From Prasinococcaceae sp. CCMP 1430 (Eukaryota; Plantae; Prasinodermophyta): a stretch of 64,000 bases of DNA. The stretch's first letter is position 1, and each line of letters begins with the position of its first letter. The notes below the pieces were generated by a model, which was not told the DNA's origin, ran no database searches, and saw nothing but the letters and a program-made list of their open reading frames with translations. The position numbers were made by a program, and so were the translations under genes. The stretch covers positions 517,704-581,703 of the forward strand of contig RQSC01000032.1 in the NCBI GenBank assembly GCA_013416795.1, in the 5' to 3' direction. This document shows positions 32,292 through 45,184 of this stretch, piece after piece.

Positions 32292-33764
32292 TGGGTGCGC
32301 TCGCCCTCGTCGTCGTCGCTATCGCTGTCGCTGTCTGCGTAGTCTTCGTGAGAGAAAACGAGCGCGTGGCGAGTCGGTGGGGGGATGTCATCGCGCGCTC
32401 TCTAGCGTCAGCATCACATGCGTGCAAGCAGCGTGCCTGCAGTATTGGACGCCCGCTCGCACAACAAGGAGCGACGAGCGAAACGACGCACATGCAGTAT
32501 CGGGCTCCTCCCAATCGTCCGTGTGTCGCTCGAAGCCCATGCGACGCAGGGTGTCCACGTCTGTGGGCGAGAGGCAGCTCGCCCGGGTGGATCCTGGCGC
32601 GCTTCTGTCGCGTCCGCTCTGCGTCAGACGAGGCCCCCTCTGCCGGCCGAGCGCCGCCGCCATCTCGCCCACGCCCCTCTCGCGCTCCCCGCGCGCCGGA
32701 GCGACCATCGCCATCGCCGCGCACCCCCCACCCTGGGCTCGACCGCCTGCGTTGCCAGCGACGCCCGCCTGCTCGCCGCGCCGCTCGACGGGCTGGACCC
32801 GCCTCGGCCTGCGGCCCGTCCGTGTGGCGTGGCGTGGGTGGCCCTACTCGCCCCCCACCACCGCGCGCGCGCGCGCGCTCGGAGCGCGCGCTGTTACAGG
32901 CGCAGCGCCGAGCGCGCCGCCGTGAGCGCCACGCTCAGCGCCCGCACCCACATGGTGACACGCAGATGATGGCGCGCTGACACGCCCTGCCTGGCACCGG
33001 AGTACACACAAAGCTAAAAGTGCAGGCGCCACAGCCGAAGTGCGCCCTGCGGCGGGCAAGCAGCACCCATCATGGATGCCATCAACGGGAAGTCAATGGC
33101 AGCGCGCGGGCACTGAGCCGCCCGGCCTCTGCCACGTGCCGCCACCAGAGGAGCCGGACGGGGCCTGCTTACGTGCCGAGCGTGCGCTGCCACGGGTACG
33201 GCACGCGCCTCGACTGTCCAGCGGTCGCGCGGGTGCCGCTTCCGCCTGCAGGGGAGAGGGCCGTGGAGGTGCGCAGCGGGGGTGCGTGGGTTGGTGAAGG
33301 ATGGCGGAGCGGGCGGGGACGAGGACTGCTAACTGTCGCGTTTCCCGGCAAAAAAAAAATCGTGTGCAGGGCGGACTTGCGGACCTGCAGGGCTTTTTTT
33401 TTGTTGCGACTCCGAGGATTTTTCGGGCTGCCAAGCTGGGTCGTTCAATCCTGTCGCAACGTAGATTTGGCCGCCTGGGAATCCTCGGCGTCTGATTTTT
33501 TTCTCATGGGCGGCGGGCGCGTCGTGCGATGGCGGTGCTGACTGAGTCCTCTGCAAACGCTCGTGCCATGCGTTGGTCGTTACTTGCGCGGTACTATGCG
33601 CGCTGTCCTCTGCACTAGCAGCCGCTGTGGTGAGCACCGCGCGCGCGCGCTGTCCTCTGCCGTCGCAGGCTGGCATTCTGTCGCTCTCATATGGTGAGCA
33701 CCGCGGCGCGCGTGCAAAAGCTTTCGCCGTCGGTGGCACAGATCAGCTCCCGGTGCTCATTTAG
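32292..33764 (+). CDS. Possible multi-exon hypothetical protein with an N-terminal membrane anchor (structure unresolved)
   Basis: ATG followed by the hydrophobic MGALALVVVAIAVAVCVVFV. Several donor, branch and acceptor signals lie downstream (e.g. GAG|GTGCGC at 33269, GCTAAC at 33328). No family recognised. Confidence 0.3.
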
Positions 33765-35166
33765 TGACGCCCATGGGGGCCCCGAGGGGCTCCGACTCGT
33801 CGGCGAAGATGCTGCCAAAGTCGTCAATGCGCGTCTGGCGACGCGTCTTTGCGTAGTAAAGCGCGCACGCCACAACAACAGCGGCCAATATCGCAAACGC
33901 CACAGCAGATACTACCCACCCATGAGAAGACTCGCCCCCATCACCCCCTTCCCCTGTGCTATTGGACGACTTGGGTGGCGACGGCTCTGGCGGCGAGAAC
34001 GCGCTGCACATAGCGGGCGCGAAAGAGGGCAGCGCGCCCAGCAACGCTTGCATGGGGAGATAGCGCGGATCCGCCATCGGCACGGCCGCCGCGCACGCCG
34101 CCAGCGAGCCCACCACGGGGTCCTCTGAGAAAAGCGTGTCGCAGTTGCTGAAAGTACCGCTCGCGCCGTACATGACGTGGTGCGTCGAGGGATCGCACAT
34201 TGGGTACTCCATCGCGCACGTCAGGTTCAGAAGGGCCTTCGAGGCGCTGGCGCACTCATCGTACGTTCCCGACACGTTGCGCAGCATGTCCGTGAGGACG
34301 TCCAGGGGCGCCTTCTCGTAACCTGGGAAGTTGGGAAGTTTGGAGTAGCCGGATTGCCCCATCGGCGTGTGCCAAGTCATAACTGACGCGCAGTCGGCGT
34401 CGAAGGCTGGCAGCTGTTTTGCTTCGTCAGGGGACACGCACGGGTTCTTGAGGGCCACGGCGGGCAAGGTAGTCACCGGAAGTGACTCCATGTCGTCCAC
34501 AGGGTCGCACAACATGTGGAGCGCCTCCTCTTTGCTTGTATTCTGCGACGCCAGCAGCGTCGCGATGATGGGCGAGTTCACACAGGCGGGCATTGAGCTA
34601 GCGCATGAGTTTGCCTCGCCGCTGCCCCAGATCTCGACCTCCGTCCCATCGGCCGTGACGTTGCACGCGGGTCCCATGGCGCTGCATGCGGCCATAAGCA
34701 CTGCTTGAGCGCATTCCTGCCGCGCGCGCGCGCCCGCCAGAGGAAATAGCAGCAGGTGAGGTGACACCCGACACCGTGAGAGGCACACGCATGGTCAGAA
34801 GAGCTCCATCGCGAGGGGTGCACATCGCCCCTGTCGCTAAGATGCGACCGCTGCTGCACTTACCGGCGAGCCCGAAAGAGCGAGTGCGAGCTCCGACATG
34901 CTCTGGATCGACGTCTCCTCGTTTGCTATGGACTTGGCTGCTGCCTGCCCCGGAAATGACGCATCGTACGCCCCCAGGGAGAGCGAGGGCAAGAGGATGC
35001 CCGCGCCGCCGTCGCGGCGCGCTGCGGCACACGCAGTGAGCTTGAACTGGTCGCGTGGCACGCATTCTGCCACAGTCACGTAGCTCTCCTCGGACTGTGC
35101 ATGTCCGCCGCTGCCGGTGCACAAAAACAACAAAGCGGCCGCTGCGGCCGCAGCGGCGCGCATCAT
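33757..35166 (-). CDS. Type I membrane protein with two tandem Frizzled-like cysteine-rich domains
   Basis: Signal peptide MMRAAAAAAAALLFLCTGSGG, then intron 34863-34717 (GTAAGT...CAG, phase 0). Two Cys-rich units are followed by a Pro/Ser stalk, the TM WVVSAVAFAILAAVVVACALYY and a short cytosolic tail. The gene model is well supported; the domain call is by pattern. Confidence 0.65.
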
Positions 35167-36696
35167 GACCGCTCCCAGCGCCCACGCCAGCGCTCTCGCC
35201 CACGCCGCGAGGTCCCAGCGGTTGCTACCGGAGCGCTGCCGCCCGCGCGCCCGCCCCGCCGCCATTTCCCGCGCGGCGCTCCGCGCGTTCCGCCATCAGA
35301 CAGCATCTCCCGAACCCGCGGCGACCCGCGCGCGCACCGCGCCTCAAACCGGAGAATTCAAGTGCGGCCCCACCCGGCGAGTCAATGAGTTTGCGGAAGC
35401 ACCAGCCGGCCCGCCCTGACCCCGGTCTGATCGCCGACTGACCGGGTACACGTTCCGAAAGACCCGTATGAGCGCGCAACCCTAGCGCGCACACCGGGGA
35501 CGTCGCCGGGGGAACCGCAGGCGGCAGAAAGATGCCGCATGGGTGCGGAGGACGTCAAACGCAATGGAAGGGTCAAACTCGGAACGTGACCATGGTATTG
35601 AAGCTTCAATACCGTGTATATTTACACCACGGGCGACTCAAGTGCCGGTCGCGAAAAAATCTGGCGCCAGCGGTGCGTGGGTGCGCAGGGGCGGCAGAGC
35701 GCGCGCGCGGCGGGCGGGCCCCTGCCGCTCCCCCGGCTCCTTCTCGCGCTCCTTTTCCTTTTCTGCCCTCCTCTGGGCCCCTTCCGCACCCTTGCCGGCG
35801 ATCCGGCCGCGAGGCGCACCCCCCCTGCGCGCTCGTTGGGCGCAGCCATGGCGCTCGGCGCCCTCGCGCGCCGCGCGGGCGCTGCATTTTCCAGGCGTCC
35901 TCGTCTGAGCCAGGGCCGGTGCCTTTTTTCGCGCGCCCGCCCCGCCCGCACCCACAAACGCCGCCGCGCGCGCCCCGCGCGCCCGCAGCGGAATCTGCGC
36001 CGGCGCGCGTGAGGTGAAAACGAACCCCGACAGCCCCCGATGACAAACCACGGAACAAATTTGAATTCGATTTCGACTTCATCCGCAGTCGAACCGTCTG
36101 ACAGCGGACCGCCCCCGATGCGCCGGGGCGAAGGTGGGGCGGAAGCGCCGCGCGGCTGCGCTTCCGAGGGAGTTGCTGGCTGAGGATTGACCCTCAAAAT
36201 GATGGAATGAAAGACACCCGCGCGCGCCCGAGCGGGGGCGCACTCGCCCCCCTTCAAATGAATTCGCCCTCCGGACAGGTGCGCACGTCTGCCTGCCGCG
36301 GCAGAGGAGGCCGGCCCTCGCTCGTCGTCCTCCTGCCTGACATTCAGATCAAAAACGGGGAAGGAGGGTCGACATTCTCGCGCGTCGCGATCGTGAAGGG
36401 TTCCGTATGCGAGAAACGGACCCGATTCTGCGGGGACGCGCGCGGCGCGGCGCGGCGCTGTCCAGGCCGACCGGCCCGGCGGAGGCGGAGCGAAAAGTAA
36501 CGGCTGCAGCGCCAAAGAGCGCACGCGCTCGAGCGCGCGTGTGTGTGGGGGGGTGTTGAGGGGGGGAGCGAAGGGGGCGCAGGGCACGCGCGACGGGCGG
36601 GGAGCGTCACACGACTGAGGCGCGCGGATACGCGCGTGCCCTTCTCTCGCGCGGTGGCCCGGCCCGGCCCGCCCCGCCCCGCGCCACCTGCGGGCG

Positions 36697-37696
36697 ATGG
36701 CGGCGGCGGCGGAGGAGGGCTCGGACGCGTGGGAGGCGCTCAGGTGCGTCCTCGCGGCGCGGCGCGGCGCGCGTGCGCTTGGGGGCTGGGGTACGGGCGG
36801 TGCCGCCGTGCGAGAGACACCGGGAGAGAGTGCCCCCCCCCCTACACACGCACACACACACACGGGCGCAAAGCGCGAGGCATGAGAAGGGGAGGGTGAG
36901 ACGAGGGCTCGCCGGCGCGAGGGGAGAGTGGGAGAGCCAGGGGCTTGCACGAACGCTCGGGGGTGCGGGAGTGGGAGGACGAGGAGGGGAAGGGCAACGG
37001 GGGGTCGAGAGCATAGATACCACCGTGCAGGTGCCTTTCCCCGGGTCCAGCGGGTGCGGCCGTGCGAGCAGCCGCGGGCGCCGCGTCAGCGAGCGCGGCG
37101 CGGGGTACGCCGCCCGCGCGCGCACTCACTGTAGGCGTCGTGGGCGTCGGCCAGATGGGCGCGGGAATCGCGCAGGTCGCTGCGTCGGCGGGCCACGACG
37201 TGCTTCTCGCCGACGCGCGAGAGGGTGCTGTCGCAGCGGCGATCGAGGGGGCGCAGAGGAGGCTCCTCCGAGCAGCGCAGAAGGTGCGCCGCCCGCGATG
37301 TGCGGTACTCGGCGAATTCGCCGCACCGCACGTCGCGTCCTGCTCGCCGCTCGCCCTCGTCGCTCACGCCTCCCTGCGGCGTCCACCTTTGCCGGCCTCG
37401 CCTTTCGGCGCTCTGCTCACAGTCCGACCTCGACGAGGCCGAGGTCCACGCCACGGTCGCGCGCATGTCCGAGTCTGCGGGAGGTATCGCGGGGCTGGCG
37501 CCCTGCGACGTGGTGGTGGAGGCAGCGGCGGAGAGCGAGGTGCTCAAACGCGAGCTCTTCGAGCAAGTGTCGAACGTGGTCTCTGAAGACTGCGTGCTCG
37601 CCTCCAACACGTCGTCCATCTCCATCACGCGCATCGCCACAGCCGTCGAGAGGCCCGAGCGCGTCATCGGTGCGAGCGTGCCCCTGCCGGCTCTCG

Positions 37697-37741
<45 letters not shown>

Positions 37742-38387
37742 GCGCCGGCGACGATGCCGGCGAGCAGGTCATCGAGGTCGAATTGCACGACACCCCCCCC
37801 CCCCCCCCCCCCCCCCCCTTCGTCGAACGCGAGTCCCCGGCGCTGACACCCACTCACGCGCCCACGCGCGGGCAACCAACGGCGCTTGGCACGTGGCACC
37901 CGACTCCGACGCTCGAACGATAGGCATGCACTTCATGAACCCGGTGCCGCGTATGCGACTCGTCGAGGTCATTCGCGGCGCCGCGACGGACGACGCGACA
38001 TTCGCGGCGACCGCTGCGCTCGCGGAGGGAATGGGCAAGACCGTGGTGACCTCGCGAGACTTCCCTGGCTTCATCGTCAACCGCGTGCTCATGCCCATGA
38101 TCAACGAGGCCTTTTTCGCGCTGCACGAAGGCGTGGCCACCGCGCACGACATCGACGCCGGCATGACGCTGGGCACCAACCAGCCGATGGGCCCGCTGAC
38201 GCTCGCGGACTTCATCGGTCTCGACACATGCCTGGCCATCATGCGCGTGCTGCACGACGGGCTGGGGGACTCAAAGTACCGGCCGTGCCCGATGCTTGTA
38301 CAGTACGTCGACGCCGGCTGGCACGGCCGCAAGGTTGGGCGCGGTGTCTACACCTACGACGAGCCAAACGGCAAGGCCATGAATTGA
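36697..38387 (+). CDS. 3-hydroxybutyryl-CoA / 3-hydroxyacyl-CoA dehydrogenase
   Basis: Motifs [49 protein letters not shown] and [14 protein letters not shown]. Introns 36744-37030, 37284-37422 and 37670-37923. Confidence 0.93.
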
Positions 38388-38692
38388 GCGCATGCCCGTG
38401 CGGGGCCGTCGCAGCACCTGCGCGCCGAAAGCGCGGGCGCGCGAGGCGCTCCGGCGGCGGCGGCCAGCCGCCCCGCGAGCCGCCTCGTCGGAGACGCGGC
38501 GAAACGCGGCGCACGAAGCAGCCGGTACCCTGCTTCGGTGGCGCCCACAGCTGAATGACATGGCATCGGTTACACGCGCCGCGTGCGTGGCGGCGCCGAA
38601 TGCGCCCACACCCCGCCCACCCCGCCCTCCGGTCTCTCCTCGCACACTGTACATAGTCAGGGCCGCACGGCCAGCGACTGTCCCCGCGACAC

Positions 38693-40270
38693 CTACATCT
38701 TGACGGGCCTGTTGTAAACCCACGAGATGCGCGCGTCCACCGGCTCCTTGTTGAGCGACTTGGCGCGCTTCTCCGCGCGCTCGGCGAGCCTGCGGATGCG
38801 CGCCGGCAGCTTGAGCAGGTACTCCTGGCTCGCGCCCGCGTCGCCGAGCACGGCCATGTCCGCGATCTTCCACTTCTTGTTCAAGTGCTCCACGATGTCG
38901 GCGTAGTCCATCGCCGTGTACACGCCCTGCTTCTCCGCCACCGCCGAGAACTCGGTCCACAGGTTCTCGTTCTCGCCGTCATACATGAGGTGCGCGGGCA
39001 TGACGATCTGCTTCCTCATCATGTCCTCGTACGCAGCCATGGTGCCCTCGGGGTCCACCGAGAAGAGCTTCTCGACCACCATCTGGTACGCCGCCTCGTG
39101 CCGCGCCTCGTCTGCGGCCACCAGGCCGCAGATCTTGCCCAGCATGTCGTCGCCGGCAGCCCTGGCGAGCAGGCGCGTGTTGCTGTGCGAGATCTTGGTG
39201 GCGCGCTCCTGGAAGGAAGTGTACAGGTAACCCAGGTACGGGTTGTTGTCTGTCTTGGGGTCCATGCCGCTGCCGATGAGATACTGAATGGTCCTCTCCA
39301 CCGCGACCATGTCCACGCGTCCGGTCATCCACAGGTACTTGTTCATTAGGTCGCCGTGGCGGTTCTCCTCCGCCTGCGCGCGCGCGCGCGAGCGCGGCGC
39401 GCGAGCGCCGCATGAATGTGGGCGAGGGCACGCGGGCACGGTCGCACGCATCGTCAGTGCACGCACGCCATGCGCCCCTACGCGGCCCCCGGCGCACAGT
39501 CGCGGGATCCCCCCCCCCCCCCCCCCCGCGCGCGAGCGCGCGTGCATGGGGCCCTCTCGCGCACGCACCGTCCACGCGCGCGTCCAGCGCGCCCACGCCC
39601 CGGTGTCGGCACCAGTGTTATCCTTGGTGCCGTCGAGGGTGTTAAGCATGCTCTGGTACGTGGGGAGCGCCTCCTCAGTGATCATGTCGCCCACCACCGA
39701 AACGATCACCTCGTCCGGGATATCCGCGCAGCGCTCCTGGATGTCGCGAATCGCGTCGAGGAACTCTGCGCGCGGGTCGCGGAGCGCCGGGGTTGCGTTG
39801 GTGGGCGGCGGCGGCGGTGGTGGGACGGCGTCAGGAGGACTGGACTCGCGCGAATCCTCGCCCACGGACGATCGGAAGGCGGCGGCGCTCGCTGGCACGC
39901 CGGCGCGCCGGAGCGCCGGCGCGCGTCGCGCTCTCGTGCCCGCGCGCGGGGCGGACGCGGGCGCACGCACCCTCGCCGCTGGACGGGTCGGGCAGGAAGT
40001 CCTGCGGCTGCCAGCTCTTCTCGACGGGCTTGAGCATGGGGATGAGCTTCTCGTCCGCCCAACCGTCGAGCGACTCGACGATCTCCAGCTGCTCCCTGGA
40101 CAGATTGAAGCGATCCGCCGCGCGGCGCTGGCCCGACACTGCCACGGCCGCGCGCGGCACCACGCGCGCCTGCCGCGCCGTCGTGGCCTGCTCGGCGTGG
40201 CTAATGGCGCTGCTATGGGGACTGTGGGCCGAGGCGCGCGCGGCATCCGCTCGCCCGCGCTCCCCATCAT
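38693..40270 (-). CDS. SAD: Stearoyl-ACP delta-9 desaturase (start uncertain)
   Basis: [46 protein letters not shown] and DEARHE (di-iron ExxH motifs). Introns 39970-39766 and 39568-39374. Confidence 0.95.
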   Translation of the reverse strand: MMGSAGERMPRAPRPTVPIAAPLATPSRPRRRGRRAWCRARPWQCRASAARRIASICPGSSWRSSSRSTVGRTRSSSPCSSPSRRAGSRRTSCPTRPAARVRAPASAPRAGTRARRAPALRRAGVPASAAAFRSSVGEDSRESSPPDAVPPPPPPPTNATPALRDPRAEFLDAIRDIQERCADIPDEVIVSVVGDMITEEALPTYQSMLNTLDGTKDNTGADTGAWARWTRAWTVRAREGPMHARSRAGGGGGGIPRLCAGGRVGAHGVRALTMRATVPACPRPHSCGARAPRSRARAQAEENRHGDLMNKYLWMTGRVDMVAVERTIQYLIGSGMDPKTDNNPYLGYLYTSFQERATKISHSNTRLLARAAGDDMLGKICGLVAADEARHEAAYQMVVEKLFSVDPEGTMAAYEDMMRKQIVMPAHLMYDGENENLWTEFSAVAEKQGVYTAMDYADIVEHLNKKWKIADMAVLGDAGASQEYLLKLPARIRRLAERAEKRAKSLNKEPVDARISWVYNRPVKM

Positions 40271-40627
40271 TCCGCACTGGTCCTTGGCGACTCGGGTTCG
40301 CTCGCTCGCGCCGTTCGCTCGCGCGGATTCTGCCGAATCCGCGCGCGCGGCGGGCACGGAAAAACAATCGGGCGCGCGCGCGCCCTCTGGGCCACACGCC
40401 GCGCGCGCGCGGGGGCGCCGGGTTTTCGCGCCGCGGGTTTGGTTTTCGCGCGAGGCGCCCGCGAAATGCGAAGGCGCCGCGAAACCGCGAAACCGACGGG
40501 AGGCGGGTCCGGGCGGTTCGGGGTCGGGCGCGCCGCGCGGGCGCCGCGCCGGAGCCTCACCGCCCCGCCGAGGTCGGTTCGAAAGGGAAAAGAAGGGGCG
40601 TCAAGCCGGGGCGGGAGGAATCGCGTG

Positions 40628-40651
40628 TTTAAGGGTTTAATAATAGGGTTT
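40628..40651. promoter_or_regulatory. Telo-box-like motifs in the SAD/PDH-E2 divergent promoter
   Basis: TTTAAGGGTTTAATAATAGGGTTT. Confidence 0.55.
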
Positions 40652-41411
40652 GTGGTCCCAAAATCGCGGGAGGGGGGGCTCGCGCGCGCGCGGTCGCGAA
40701 ACGAACACGAAAACGCCGCGAAGCGTCGGCCGGGGCCCGCACCAAACATCCGAGCCCTTCCCAGCTCTCTAACTCTCCCCCCCCTCCCCAATCCTCCGCG
40801 CGGTCGCACGACAGACGAGACGGAGGAGTTCGTGGGCGCGCGCTCGCCTGTCTGTGAGTGTGTCACCGGGCCAGGCCGCGCACCCCACCGGCCCCGGCCC
40901 CGGCGGGGGCGCACGCGGCGCGCGCGCTCAAACGCCCGGCCACCCGGCCACGCAAGCAAGCAAAACATGCAAGCCAGCAAGCCAGCAAGCGAGCACAAAA
41001 ACGCGCTGCGCGCGCGAGTCGACATGCATGTGGGCCGTGTGCATGCGCGACAGTCTGATGGCCGTACTACGCCGTGGGTGATGTTGTTGTTGACGCACGT
41101 GTGCGAGCGAGTCGACGGCTTTTTCCGCGCGGCCGGCGGGCGGCGCTCGGCGGGCTCGCGCCGCTACGCTCCGCGGTTCCGCGGCCTCGCGCCGGCTCCC
41201 TTCGGATGCGTTTCGGGGTGCGGTCGCGGGGGCTCGTCGAGGGCGGGCGCGCGCGCCGCAAATCGAAATTCCGGAAAGCGCGGCGGCGCGCAGGGCGAAA
41301 GCGCGCTCCGGAAAAAGAGCAAAATATCTCTGCAAGCACGCCGGTGCCACAGCGGGCGCTCGCGCGCACCGCCGCAGACCGCCCTCCCTGCAGCGCGCGC
41401 CCTCGCCCGAT

Positions 41412-42795
41412 TTGCCCTCCTCGCACTGCGCGGCTGACGCCAGGCGGAGCACCTCGGGCCAGCGGGCGGCGTCCGGCGCGCGTTCGCACGCGTTCGGATT
41501 CGGCGCGCGCGCGTTCGCCTCGCTGCCGCCGCACACGGTGCTCGAGATGCCCGCGCTGAGCCCGACGATGGAGAAGGGCAACATCGCAGAGTGGGCGAAG
41601 AAGGAGGGAGACGCCGTGAGCGAGGGCGACGTGCTGGCGACCATCGAGACGGACAAGAGCACCATGGCGTGGGAGGTCCTCGAGGAGGGATACGTGGCCA
41701 AGATCCTCAAGCCCGACGGGTCCGAGGACGTCGCCGTCGGAGAGGTCGTCGCGGTGATGGTCGAGGAGGAGGCCGACGTCGCCGCGTTCGCCGACGTGAG
41801 CGCCGACGCGCTGGGCGGCGGTGGGCAGGCTCCCGCGGCGCCGGAGGCGCCCGCGGCTGGGGACTGCGCATGCTCAGCCCCGCCGACCGCCCGCTGCTGC
41901 CGCCGCGGCGCCGGCCGCGGTCGGCGAGCGTGTGTTCGCGAGCCCTGCCGCGCGGAAGCTCGCCGCCGAGAGCGGCATCGACGTGTCCACCCTGACGGCC
42001 ACTGGCGCGCGCATCACCAAGAGCGATGTGGAGGCCGCCATCGGGGCAGCCGCCCCCGCCGCCGGCGCCCCTTCTGCAGCAGCGGCGCGCGTGCCCTCGG
42101 CGGAGCCTGGCCAGTCGTACGTCGACGTGCCGCACACGCAGATTCGCCGCATCACGGCGGCGCGCCTGTGCGAGTCCAAGCAGACGGTGCCGCACTACTA
42201 CCTCACCGCGGACGTGCGCATGGACCGGGTGGCGGCCATGCGCGCGGAGCTCAAGGAGGCGGGCATCAAGGTGTCCGTCAACGACTTCGTCATGAAGGCG
42301 GCGGCGATGGCGCTCATGGACGTGCCGGGCGTCAACGCACAGTGGACGGACGACGCCACGCGCATGTTCAGCAGCGCCGACATCTCGGTGGCGGTGCAGA
42401 CCGACCACGGCCTCATGGTGCCCATCGTGACCGGATGCGAGGCCAAGCGCGTCTCGGAGATCTCTGCCAAGGTGCGCGAGCTCGCTGGCAAGGCCAAGGC
42501 CAACAAGCTGCTGCCTGAGGAATTCACAGGCGGCACCTTCACGATCTCGAATCTGGGCATGTACGGCGTCAAGCACTTCGCGGCGATCATCAACCCGCCC
42601 CAGGCGGCCATCCTGGCAGTCGGCGGCTCCGAGGCCCGGCTCGTGCCCACCGACTGCGAGCGCGGCTTCGCCACGCAGCACTTCATGCATGTCACGCTCA
42701 GCCTCGATCACAGAGTGGTGGACGGCGCAATGGGCGCCGAGTGGCTGCAGGCGTTCAAGCGCCATATCGAGGCGCCCGCTGCCATGCTCGCGTGA
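41412..42795 (+). CDS. Pyruvate dehydrogenase E2, dihydrolipoamide acetyltransferase, mitochondrial type (start uncertain; apparent frameshift at ~41860-41895)
   Basis: Lipoyl domain MPALSPTM...IETDKST, E3-binding ASPAARKLA...RITKSDV, and catalytic motifs [20 protein letters not shown] and DHRVVDG. Confidence 0.92.
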
Positions 42796-43016
42796 GCGAG
42801 CGCCGCGCGCGGCGCGCGCACGACCGCGGCCATTCTTTCGCCCTCTGGACACAAATACGCGACGTCTGTTCGCCGCGACGGCGCGCCTGGACGGCCAGCG
42901 CGTGCTGTAACCAATTTAACTTATCGAACGAAAATTATCGGGCGTGAGCGCCGCGCGGCATGCGTGACGTGCGCTCGCCAGCACCACGCACGCTGCGCGG
43001 CGTCTGCGAGCGGCGC

Positions 43017-44801
43017 TTAGGCGGTCACCTTGGCCTTGAGGAAGTCCTCGATGATGGCCACCTCCTTCTTGGAGCCCGTGAAGAGCGGCACGCGCTGGTG
43101 CACCTCCTCGGGCACGATCTCCAGCACGCGGCCCTTGCCGTCCGAGCCCGCGCCACCAGCCTGCTCAGCGATGAAGGACATGGGCGCGCACTCGTACAGC
43201 AGCCTCAGCTTGCCGTTGGGGTTCTTGGAGTCGCCCGGGTAGCCGTACACGCCGCCGTAGAGCATGGTGCGGTGGAAGTCGCCCACGAGCGAGCCGATGT
43301 AGCGCGCCGAGTAGGCCTTGGAGCCCGGGCCCTCCGGCGCCTTGGTGAAGTTGATGTAGTCCTGCATGCCCTCGGACCAGTTGGCGGCGTTGCCCTCGTT
43401 GAACGAGTAGATCTTGCCCTCCTCGGGGATCTTGACGTTGTCGTGGCTGAGGATGAACTCGCCAACGGAGGGGTCGAGGGTGAAGCCGTACACGCCGTTC
43501 CCGACGGTGAGCACGAGGATCACCGACGACGAGTACATGCAGTAGCCGGCGCACACCAGGTTCTCGCCCGGCTGGCACACGTTGACGATGCAGTTCTGCG
43601 TCACCTCGTCGATCTCGGCGGTGCCGTCCTCGCCCCTAGGCGAGCGTCGCACGCACCAGCGTCGGCGGTGCGAGGCGACGCGTGTCAGCACACCGCCTGT
43701 GGCCACCGGGCCGCTCGCTGCGCGCGTGGGCGGGTAGGCGAGCACTCGAGCGCCTGCGCGCTCGAGTGTGGCGGGTAGGGTGGGGTAGGGTGTGGTGTGG
43801 TGGGGGTGGGGGGGCAGAGCGGGCGGGCGCGCGGGCGCGCTGAGGCTCGCGGCCGCGGGCCAACGCACCAGGTGGGCACGCACGACTCGGTGGGCTCGTA
43901 GATGCCCCAGATCGAGCCGGTGGAGACAGCGGCGTCGATGTTGGACGAGCCGTCAAGCGGGTCGAACACGCAGATGTACTTGCCGTCCTTGGAGGACTCG
44001 ACGGCCACCGGCACGTCCTCCTCCTCCGAGGCGATGATGCCCGTGCGGCCCGACTGCTCGAGGCAGTTGCAGAACACCTCGTTGGAGATCACGTCGAGCT
44101 TCTTCTGGTCCTCGCCCTGCACGTTCTGCTCGCCCTGGAGGCCTGCAGGGCGCGCGCATCGCAGAGGGCGCGGTAACGCGCAGCGCGACGTTGGCGCGCG
44201 CGCGCACGAGCGCACGTGCGCCCGCGGCGTGGCATGCACGGCGTCAGCAAAACGGCATGCGGGCGCGCCGGCGCGAGGCGAGGCACGGCGCAACCGCAGC
44301 GCGGCCAGGCCTGTGCGCGCGCCGCGCCCGACGGAGGAGCGACTGCGGCCGCTGCGCGCGATGCCCACGCAGCCTCGCCGCAGGGCGCACGCTCGGTCGC
44401 GCTCTGCCCGCGTCACGCTCGCAGCCGCCCGCGTCGCGCTGCGTACCGGTGAGGTTGGAGATGCCAGCGCGCTGCACGAGGTTGGCAATCTGCTTGCAGG
44501 CGGTGCCGATGGACGACAGCACGGTGGCGAGCTCGTTGTCGATGCGGCCCTCGCGCTCCTCGGTCAGCAGCCACGTGTTGAAGGTCGACATCTTGTAGGA
44601 CGACGCCGACGCCTGCACCGTGCCCGCGCGGCGAGCGGCCGCGCGCGAGGCGCGCACGGCCGNCGTCGATGACGCGCGGCGGCCGGCTGCGCGCGACGGC
44701 AGCCACACGCTCGCCTCGGCGCGCGCGCGAGCAGATAAGACAACATCATGTTGTCTCGACACCGCCAGCCCAGCGCGCGCGAGGCGGGGCGCGGCGTACA
44801 T
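43017..44801 (-). CDS. FBP: Chloroplast fructose-1,6-bisphosphatase (start approximate)
   Basis: GEDQKKLDV, SEEED, DPLDGSSN, the redox-loop cysteines (ESCVP...QNCIVNVCQPG), RYIGSLVGDFHR and GKLRLLYE. Introns 44446-44143 and 43868-43636. Confidence 0.95.
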
Positions 44802-45094
44802 CGACGGACACTTTCGGGTCATTATCTGTGTGCGCGCGCGCGCGAGCGCCGCCGACCGAGGCGCGCGCGCGCGTCGCGCACCCAGGGAACGACCCGGGCG
44901 GGCGCGCGCGGGCGCCCGTTTTTTTTTGTGTATGGCTTTTTATTTTATTTTATTTTCATTTTAATTTTTGCCCGCACGCACAGCGCCCCCCCTCGCACGT
45001 GGCCTGCCGCGCTGTCGAAATTCACACCCGCCTTCTCAGAGTGACCCAAACCGCGGAATATTCCGCAATCGATCCACATGACTCCGCTGGTATT

Positions 45095-45184
45095 GACCCT
45101 AAAAGATCGAACCCTAACGTGAGGTTGGTTGGGAACAAAGTGATGGTTGATGGCGGAGGCGACGCGCGGGGTTTAAACCCTGAA
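45095..45184. promoter_or_regulatory. Telo-box-like motifs in the FBPase/ADE2 divergent promoter
   Basis: GACCCTAAAA at 45095, GAACCCTAA at 45109 and AAACCCTGAA at 45175. Confidence 0.55.
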
